Shown piece after piece: positions 54,230-64,000 of a DNA stretch of 64,000 nt. The stretch is from Octopus sinensis (taxonomy: Eukaryota), in assembly GCF_006345805.1 (NCBI RefSeq), contig NC_042997.1, positions 179,862,001-179,926,000 of the forward strand, in the 5' to 3' direction. Position 1 is the first letter of the stretch. Every line of letters starts with the position of its first letter. The notes below the pieces were generated by a model that worked only from the letters and a program-made list of their open reading frames with translations, did no database searches and was not told the origin of the DNA. Position numbers and translations under genes: made by a program.

Positions 54230-55160
54230 AACATGTTACGGAATATCAGGCTGAGATTTGAGATAATAAAAAGTCAATGTAATTAACTATGAAAAAAGCT
54301 TTTGTGTGTTCCGAGAGAACATTACCCTCAGTAGCGCTAGTGTTGGTATATTTGTGAATAAGACACTAACCGTAATAAGTGGATCTATTATTTCGAAGTA
54401 TACTACTTACTTGTTTAAGCGTTGTACTGGATAAATTGAGAAAAATAACTAAAATATTTCAAATACTAAGAAATAAGTATACCCAATTTCATTGTTACCA
54501 AATAATGTACGTAGGAGGGAATGGGTTATTTTCCTTGGAAGCTTAAAAATAATTACGCTCGCTGTTCAAGCACGCCCAAATGTTATTCCTCCGCCGTTTA
54601 TCCGCACATTTTTTTGAAATCAATTTATGCTTAAAACCTCCCCAGACTGATAAGCAATGTGCGTGTAAAGTTTAAGAAAAAATCGGTCGATCTGTTTTGG
54701 CGCAAAACGAGGACACAGCGATACATACATACACTTTCAGTCTTAATATGTAAGATATACTAGCTGACGTACTCGGTAATTCCCAGGAAAGTGGGGCTTA
54801 TCACTTGGTTCCGTTCTCATAACTGTCTCGCTAATCCAATAACGTTCATTTTTAGAGAATACCGAACTGTCCTACACAGGATCTTGATTTTAGGAACTTC
54901 CAGTAAGTTATGAAACCCAAATTGTGAAGTCAGTTATATAACAACATGAAATAAGTTACACAATAGGAAGAGTTCAAATAAAGTAGCTCCGAAAAGGGCT
55001 TTAATATGTTCCCAGAGTATATAGAACATAGGAGGAAATACTAATGTCTGCAATCTAAAATCGTAAAGCATGTTATGTAATAAAAGGCTACTCAGGTATG
55101 AGATAATAACAATTCATAGTGAATAACTCTGAAAAGAGTTTTGTGCGTTCCTAGAGAATA
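54230..55160 (+). mobile_element. Helitron/Helentron-like non-autonomous elements in tandem (HINE-like)
   Basis: End signature aaagttt..aaaatcgg..(acat)n..ctttcagtcttaatatgtaagat is followed by tactagctg. Diverged ~75-bp internal repeats near 54250, 54955 and 55090. Confidence 0.4.
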
Positions 55161-55895
55161 TTACTGTTTGTCAGCAACAAATTCCGGTGGTGTATATTTC
55201 GATTGTCACTCTTATTTATGACATATTTTATCTCAGTTACGTTCGCATGAATAAACGAGTGTATCTGAAGCACGTTTAGTTCATGACACCACCAGAAATG
55301 TTCGTGCATTTCTACTGTTTGTAGGCTTTTTTCCCCGTTTTTCAGCTACTATTTTCGGAAAGCCCCCCCCCCCATTTTCTCGCAAATTATTGTTTTGTAT
55401 TTTATTTTAAAATTATTTTATTGCCAAATACCCAGCTTTCCGGATACGGGGATTCCGGAAAATTGTCAAAAATTGGAATTTTGAAATGTTATGCCCCAAC
55501 CCCTTACCCCTCCCTCTCCAATTTCTTCATTTTTCCCTTTTCCCGTAACCCTAGGCCTAAAACCATAACCCTACCTAAAACCCTAACCCTGAACGTAAAA
55601 CTAGTACAAAAGCACGAACGATGTCATAAATAACAGTGACAAACGAAATATACACCACCGATAGTTACTGTTGACAAACAGCAGTAACTTTATTCAGCTC
55701 AATAGACGTCATTGATTGGTTGAAATTACCGAAATACGACAAATTTAGCACGAAATATCTTCGAAAATAGAAACTTTTCTCAACAACGCTGAGAGTAAAA
55801 GATGTTTTATATGACACATTCTACCAGTGTCCGAGGTTTCAAAGTGTTTAGATAAAGAAAATTAATTAATCGAGCTGCCCACGAAAAGCAAATGA
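55161..55895. mobile_element. Non-autonomous DNA element with ~65-bp inverted repeats and degenerate (CCCTAA)n interior
   Basis: 55161-55224 is the reverse complement of 55621-55687. ccctaa-like units at 55549-55591. The segment continues to a ...cctcTTAA end (Kolobok-like). Confidence 0.6.
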
Positions 55896-56404
55896 TTCCT
55901 CTTAAAGACTTGCAAAGCAACTATGACAAAACCTATGACAGTAATACTCTGCAACCAAAGTTAAGTCTGGTTTACTGCAATGCCAAGGCAGTGACATGTG
56001 TCACTGATTTCCTTTGAAGTGGAGCAGTAACAGATACATGAGACAAGTAATTGTTTGAATGTATATTTTTATGAATCGATACAAGTCTGTGGTTAATGAT
56101 AGAGTGAATAAGGGATTTCTATAGTTTTTAAATTCCATTGATTTACTTTATATATAGGAACAATTCATTTTATCTTTCTGTAACCAATAAAGAACATCGA
56201 AATATTTAAATGCTTACACTATTAAGTATGTGAAAGGGAACATTTGTTTAGAGATTTCTGAAATAATCAGGTACCTGTTCGATATTGCTACCGCACCTGT
56301 GTCTAAAAGAAGAAATCATTACTATGATTGTTGTTGAGTTGTTGTTGTTGTTGTTCTTCTTCTTCTTCATCTTCTTCTTCTTATCATCATCATCATCATC
56401 ATCA

Positions 56405-56477
<73 letters not shown>

Positions 56478-56949
56478 GGCGTCGAGCTAGCAAAATCATT
56501 ACAGAGCCGAGTAAAATGCTACGCGGCATTTCGTATTTTATTACGTTCTGCGTTCAAATTTCATCGAAGTCGACCTTGGCTTTCATTATTTCAATGTTGA
56601 TAAATTAACTACCAAATTAGCGCCGGTGGTCCTTCTCACACAATTTATGGCTTTCTAACAAACTTTGAAATCTTTATAATTTTGGGAATTATAATTATTG
56701 TTGTTGTTTTGTTGTTGTAACTGTTGTTGTAACTGTTGTTGTAGTTGTTGCTGTTGTTCTTGTCTACTGAGAACTATTTTGCTTCAATGAGCCTTGCACT
56801 TTCTTGAGGATTATTTGAAAATATTTGAAAAATTCGTCTTGTCTTTCTGTGACCAATAAAGAACTTCCAAACATGTAAATTCTTATAGTATTACGTATGC
56901 GAAAGGGAACATTTTTTTTTTAGAGATTTTTGAATTCTAGGTATGCAAA

Positions 56950-58200
56950 GCCAGCCGAAGTACTTGGTGTCTAATTTGAGATGGTTTCCAAAGAGATAAC
57001 AATTCGGACAAGGATTCGAGAGTGTAGGCAGTTAGTTTTTGAATTTGGATGGGAGAAAACATTCACTAACAAGTCAACAGAAGTAGCGAATGCTTACATA
57101 CTCTTTAGAATGTATGCTCTTTCACTTTCTATGGCATGGCCGTATTTTCACCTGTTGCAACTTCATAGTGTTGGTTTAGAAGTTTCGATATACCGTGTCT
57201 GAAAAATCTTCTGACAGCACAAAATCGAAATTAGAAAAGGCGTCAAATGATGTAACACGGAAATAAACAGACTTAATTTTAAACAGACAGCTATAATATG
57301 ATGAGGGAAAATATAAAATGAAAATCTGTCAACAATAGTGAACCATTTGCTGGTTTTCAAAGTAAAAATAGAAAACTTGAAAGATGGACAAAGGGAAAAT
57401 ATCAAAGAATTTACCGAGGTATTTACATGCTGGTGGAGGAGAACCCTCAGATTCTATGTTGTCACTATCATTTGGTGGTAGTAGCTTTGGAAATGGCGTG
57501 ATTTCGCTTTTCTCCCTTCGTCAAATAATTCTTAGTGTCTCCACCAGTCGTGTCATGGAAACAGGTCTAACAATGCAGTCACGAAAGTTTTGCTTAAGAA
57601 ATAAAACGGAGATAAATTTTATATGCTCTTGGAAGAGAAGTTGGAGGAAGTTATTGCCTGTACATTTTATGTTCCATCAATCGAGATATAATATTTGGAG
57701 TCGTGCCTGGTGAGTAAGACCAAATATAGGATGAGGGTAGAGACAGATGTAGAGTATAATAGATACTTCACCCAAGATAGATGCAATATTGAGTGACTAA
57801 AAGAAATGGTAATGTCACGTCCAGGTACATAGTTAACAACTTATAGTTTAACTTGTCAACAACTTTCAGAAACAAATTTGGTGCACATGGAAGTGATATG
57901 CAGCATATAGTTTGTTGTGATCTATATAGTTGCACAGTTCCTAATGAATCTGAAATACAAGATTATTATGAACCTGTACCTCGCACAGGGAGCGCAGTAG
58001 GAGATATCAGCGTAACAACAGCAGCAAGCCCCAGAAAAAATATTCATTACTGTTTTCAAATATTCACATGCAGTACCACCGGGAATAGACAAACACAAAA
58101 AAAAAAACAAGCAAAATCATCATGATGATAATCAAACGACAGCAGCCGAGGCGCATCTTTCTTCATCACAGGCCCGCCCAGAGACTGCAAGTAACAGCTG
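56950..58200 (-). mobile_element. Decayed Penelope-like RT to GIY-YIG relic
   Basis: On the minus strand, in the expected order: YID(H) for YIDD, KFVSE, YLDVTL, YLLYS..HP, and later a YIG-like segment; many frameshifts. Confidence 0.45.
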
Positions 58201-58670
58201 TTCCTCTTAGTATTTACACACATAAACTAGAGAAAATTCAGAGACTGTCGTAGACTGCAAGTAAACAATATCACTTAAACATTGCTTTCATTTAATATTT
58301 AATATATTCAAAGAACGTGGTTTAGATAACATGTTTGTCACAGTTTATTTAACATGTTTGTCACAGCTTGTTATAACGAAATTGTCGCCTTCTTTTGACT
58401 AAGTTTTGAAAATACGAGGGTGATAGTAATGGAGTATTTTCGGTTAAATATATACATGTAGACGCATAGGCAATATAATGGATTAAAAAAGCGTTACAAT
58501 ATGTTACATATGCTGTATACAATTTTATATAACACACTCAAGGAGTTACATTTGTTTATCTGTATTACGTTAGAACTATATTTTGGAATTTCAAAATAGA
58601 AACTTCTTCTTTCACCTCCCTTTTTCCTTTTCTTTTCCCCCCTCCCCTCCTCCTCCTCCTCCTCCTCCTC

Positions 58671-58716
<46 letters not shown>

Positions 58717-59364
58717 GTTTTTCCTCTTGCTCCTCGTTTTCTTTCTCTCTTGATCCCTGGTAAGCAACAAAGAAGAAACAGAAAAAAAAAAGTATTTCAT
58801 CTTACATTCTTAGATTTTGGCAAGAAAAATACATGTATCCTTCTTTGAACTTTTTTGATCGGTGATATTCATAAATCGATGGCTCAGGGTTCTCCATCTG
58901 AGTATTTTTATTACGTTGTTATGTAACAGCAACATCACCCGCAACAGCAGCAGCAACAGTAGAAATAATAGTATTAATAGTTGAATTGTTGTGGTAGTTG
59001 TGAGATGGTGGCGAGGTTTGTGATTGTGGTGGAGGTGGTGATGGTAATTGTGGATGCTGTTCATGTTACTCGTGTAACTGTAGTTGTTATTTTGGGCTCC
59101 ATCGTTGTACAATCTTTTGTAAAATATGCGGTTGTGTTACAAACAATATTACACACACACACACATATATATATATTTCTTGGCTCGGCCGTCGTTCGTG
59201 CAACAACTATATTCCTCACCATGCCTGTGAAATCTTTTATCCCTTCCTTAAGGCTTTACTTCCACACACGCCAGCTTAATTTAATTCGTCCTTAGTCGAA
59301 AGACACCTGTTGTTATGTTCTATTATTTGTATTTGTGTTATATTATCCGTTTTCTGTCCTTGTC

Positions 59365-61610
59365 TTCGCATCTGTGGTGCCAACAGATTAGAAGAAAAGT
59401 GCATTTATCAGTTCCTTTGAACTCATCAGATCCCATTTGGAAAAACTGGATGCCATTTTTAAGAATGTTGAACACCTAGGTGAAACACTTGGCACAACGA
59501 AAAAGTTCCAATATTGAAACACCTTTTAGATGGCCCAATTTGGAAGGCAACTGGGCAACTTTCAATGAAGATATTCAGGTTCATGGGTATGAAGAAACTG
59601 AAAGAAATGAAAAGGAAAACCTTTAAGAAAAGCAGCACCAACAGCACTTTCCAAAATAGAAGATGTACAGGAACTAAACTACAGAAACAGAAATAAAGAA
59701 AACAGCAATAAAACGGAGACAAAACGGTACCTGATGTACGTACCTAACAGGTAAGCACTGACATGAAGAGATGGAGACGAACTGCTGCTTTACAAATCCA
59801 AAACTTAGGCAGAATGATGCCCATGGCGAAAATCACTCTCCACTTAACCAACAGGATAGGACAAAACCAGACCCACATGAATCCGTATAAGAATACAGAT
59901 CTACAGTGTAGGTTACTAAAAAGCCGTATGTGAATACAGTGCGAGTTGCAACTGTAAAACAGCAAATCTTTCTAAGTGTGGTAGAAAAAATAGTGCATGG
60001 TTTTTGCATGGTTGCAAAACGGAAAAAAAATAAGCCGCGCACATCTATATACAAAATGGTGCAGATAACAAACCCATGATGGCCTTCATTGCTACAAAGC
60101 CGACATTCATATCAATTCTTCTAATAAATATTCGAGGTCTCCTACAAAGCAGCAGCAAGCGCAAATTCCGCACCTGAGGGATCTTTCTGCGTGCAAGCAA
60201 GCAATATGCTTTGCACTTAAAGAAAGACATCTGTCTACAGTCGTACATCATCCAGAGATGCTGTACGCTGTGCAGGGAGAAAAGTAAGATGGCATTGTAC
60301 ATCGGTAAGGACATCGCACCAATAACTCAAACTCAGTCAGTGAGTCACTCATAGTACATTTAAAGCAATTTGATGTGGAAATATGCACATTATACCGCAC
60401 ACCTGATACCTCAAATCACGATGGTAAATTTGATGAAAACCTTTAAATAATAGAAAAAAATGCACTAACAAAACTAGATCAAAGCGTTAATGTACTTCTA
60501 ATGAATAACTTTAACTAGCCCAACATCAGGTGGCCTGAAGCCGACATAATCTCAGGAATGACACGCAAAGACGGCAATCAAGCAGAATCTATATTTGATC
60601 TCACAAAGCTACTCTTCATGGAGCAAACCATACTTCCTCCAACCGGGAACGATAACATATTAGACCCCTGTTTCACCAACAACATGGATTTTAAGATATC
60701 GCCGACAATCATTTCAGACCACAACATAATAGAACAGACAATATATGGTTTAAAACCAGTTACTGATGTATTGATGTACTCCACACAGACGGCACTTAAA
60801 ATCTATCCAGGGTGAACTGCTACAAGGTTGACTGGAAGTCAAATGAAAAACAGTTGCACCAGAAAAATCGGTTCAAAAGTCCCTCTATGAAAGACTTTGA
60901 TATGAAATTTTAAGAATTCATATCAATAGGGAAGAAAGTGACTACATACAAAAAATATAATTCCCCGAGATAAGACTGTCCTTATGAGACTGAGAATAAA
61001 AATCTCTAATTGTTTAAATAGACAACTTAACGGCAGCAAACACCCCTACTCAAAGTGGTACTTCTAGAGATCGAAAAAAAAAACAGGCTCTCCAACGAAA
61101 TGGAAATGGTAGAAAGAGGAACCAAGACGAAGGAAAAACAAATAAAATGAATCCCAAAACCTTCTACAAGTTTGCAAAAAATCTGCCGCAATGTACCAAA
61201 AGGTAGGGCCAGTTTGAAGAAGACGGCGCTCTAATGGCAGACCTCCAAAAGGATTGGTGAAGTGCTAAATGGACAATTCTAAAGCGTCTCCACCTCTTCA
61301 TTGGGACACATATGCATATAAGCAAGCCTAAACAGTGTTTCAACATTGTAGACCTACATGAGAAAAAGGCAACCATCAGTTAATTCTGGACAAATTTCCA
61401 TCTGAAATACCAGATGAGCCCATATCCCAGAAGGAGGCACAAAGAAGAGTGGCTCCGTCCAACATGCTACTTCACCAAAAACAGTACAGAAAGGAAACCC
61501 AAAGAAACTGAAAGGCGGTACTCCAGCATGGCCCCAGTCTTTGGCTGAAATCAGTAGACGCTGAAAGGTAAAAAGGTAAAAGGTAAAAAAAGGTAAAAGG
61601 TAAAAAAAAA
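59365..61610 (+). mobile_element. Old, internally deleted CR1-group LINE: Cys/His-rich ORF1 relic, AP endonuclease relic and 3' end
   Basis: INIRGL, YRTPD, NFN*PNIRW, PTGNDNILDPCFTN, SDHNII, NPKTFYKFAK, then LDKFPSEIPDEP....RVAPSN and a (GGTAAAA)n tail. Confidence 0.8.
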
Positions 61611-62678
61611 TGAATTCAATGAAAATTTAGTAAAAAAAAGCTATAAATAATTCCACCCGCAAAAAAAATAAAAAAAGCTAGAAAGGAAAATACAACAAAA
61701 TATTCCGTCAGTGCAGAACACGTCAGCGGGTTGGTCGATTATGCGAATCTCCCTGTAGCAATCAATCACATCGGGTTAGATTCAAAGTCAGTGGAGAATT
61801 GACAGACATACTGAAATGAGTGATTTTGTAGGCAACGATCTAAAATCTTTATCGAACCTGTAGACAAAAAAAAAAAAGAAAAGAAGCATATATGTTTTTC
61901 AAAATATAAGTAAAAATAGAGGAAAAAAAAAAAGAAACACGCATCTATGAGAAATAAGACACATAATTCAACAAAGTATATATATTCTATTTATATCGAT
62001 TGAGAGTTACTCATAAAATACTCGCCTATAATTTAGAAAAATTCATATTTCGGGGGCTTGCGTCAAAATGTCTCCAGTGAAGGTAAAACATCGAAAGAAA
62101 AATCACGGATACAAATCTTTTTGTATTTTTCCATTCAAATTATGTTTATGTGCATATCATCTACCGTCTCCTCATAGAAGAGATAGGCACAAACACATAC
62201 ACACACATACATATACACACATATCTATACATGAGATGACACAATATGTACGTATTTCAATGTAAATGGTATGAGTGTATAATTGATCATTGTATGTACA
62301 TTAGCATAAAACGCTTTTTTGTTACACAGGATGTAATTATTTTTCTCGAGGATAAGCTTGTGTAATTATATGCAGACAACTTCTATCTTCATCAATAGGA
62401 CAGCAGATAGAGACAACTCGTCGCTATAAACTCATCTATATATATATACTGTAGGTTATCGTAAACTGAGAACGTTGAGTGTTTTTAAAACGAGGAACCA
62501 TTTCGTTTTTGATGCAAAATCTTGTAGAAATTATGAATTAATACTTAAAATTGAAACCACAGATTTATAGCTATATCACTAGAACTCAAAGTCATGATTA
62601 AGGTGAGCACAATAGCAAAAATTAAATAGAGAGCGGTGAGGATAGGAGTACACTTGTGTATATATTTAAATGTCTTTA

Positions 62679-63094
62679 TAGGCGGCGAGCTGGTAGAAAC
62701 GTTAGCACACCGGGCGAAATGCTTTGCGGTATTTCGTCTGCCGCTACGTTCTGGGTTAAAATTCCGCCGAGGTCGACTTTGCCTTTCATCCTTTCGGGTT
62801 CGATTGAATAAGTACCAGTTACGCACTGGGGTCGATGTAATCGACTTAATCCATTTCTCTGTCCTTGTTTGTCCCTTCTGTGTTTAGCCCCTTGTGGGTA
62901 GTAAAGAAATAGGTATTTCGTCTGTCGTTACGTTCTGAGTTCAAATTTCGCCGAGGTGGACTTTGCCTTTCATCCTTTCGGGGTCGATAAATAAAGTACT
63001 AGTTTCGCACTGGGGTCGATGTAATCGACTTAATCCTTTTGTCTGTCCTTGTTTGTACCCTCTATGTTTAGTCCCTTCTGGGCAATAAAGAAAT
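62679..63094 (+). mobile_element. SINE with internal tandem duplication of a ~185-195-bp unit
   Basis: ggtatttcgtctg...taaagaaata occurs at 62728-62910 and 62912-63094. Flanks share tatatatttaaatgtcttta (62658-62678 / 63095-63115), a probable TSD. Confidence 0.85.
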
Positions 63095-64000
63095 ATATAT
63101 ATTTAAATGTCTTTAGAATGGTGCACTTGAGTGTGAAGAATCTAACCGAAAGAGGTTTTACTGGAAGTCTACTTTTTTTGTTTAGAAGATAGTTTTTAAT
63201 ATACACCCTACCATTGACTCATGATTGATTTTACATCGCTACCTTTCTATTATCCTGCTGTTGAAGAGAAGAGATATGTCTACATATTTACATATATATC
63301 CTAGAATTATATTCTAATCCTAGAATTACAATTATATCCTGGAGAAATAATTTGTCTAGTGTATAAATAAATATGAATCTTACTATATATGATTTATGTA
63401 TTATTGATGTAGACTTACACAAATTTATTGAGGTCTTTGGCAGAATTTACAAACATAAATTATTGAGGGATTTCGTCAATATTTACAGCTATCTGACACT
63501 AAATTTCTTGAGAACAATTTCAAATTTTTAGTCCAAAATTTCAGAGTATTTGATATGAAGAAGATTGTCCAAGAGAGATTTAACTTAAAATTTACTGTAT
63601 ATACCTAGTGATTATTTCGAAAAACTGCCTTTCTGATGTATTGCTAATGAATAATAAAGGCATGTATATATTTGTAACTAGTGTGTCCTTGTTTTATGTA
63701 ACAAACACTCTTTCAGAAGGGTTTGTTTACTTTCCATAGATGTAACGTTTCAAATATTTGCTACCTTGAATTAGTGTACCAGGTAGTTTATATAAGTTGT
63801 TGATGTAATCGAATTTATTTGGTGCTGCTATTATCGACTCGGAAAGCATGTAGAAAGGCATAAATAGGCGCTATGTTTGTTGCATTCTACATACGTACAT
63901 ACAAGCAAGTGCATACAAACACTGAAACACACACACATACACATCGTTTGCTTATTTCAGCCATTAGAGTGCGGCAATGCTGAAACACCGCTGTGAATGG

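Noticed and set aside
57853-58125. Possible host exon with a tttcag acceptor and a Cys-rich or signal-peptide-like frame
   Set aside because: The frames stop quickly, and surrounding motifs fit a decayed Penelope RT better.

Overview
Eukaryotic, very AT-rich, microsatellite-dense non-coding DNA. The SINE/LINE repertoire looks cephalopod (Octopus-like); this is inferred from recognising the repeat families, not from a search. I find no convincing host protein-coding gene, rRNA, true tRNA or CRISPR array, and most ORFs in the track are translated microsatellites. The window is a layered graveyard of mobile elements. It holds many Penelope-like element (PLE) remnants, several with type I hammerhead ribozyme motifs, and a young 5'-truncated CR1 LINE nested in a PLE. 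It also holds an older CR1-like LINE, an RTE tail, mariner, Chapaev-like, piggyBac-like and Helentron-like DNA elements, and at least three tRNA-derived SINE families. The most unusual structure is 18083-20481. There a ~355-nt hammerhead-containing, partially tandem/inverted retrozyme-like repeat carries a complete-looking 1.7-kb retroelement that encodes only an ORF1 (Gag-like, CCHC knuckle) and no RT. That element is bounded by a 17-bp target-site duplication 12 nt upstream of the ribozyme.
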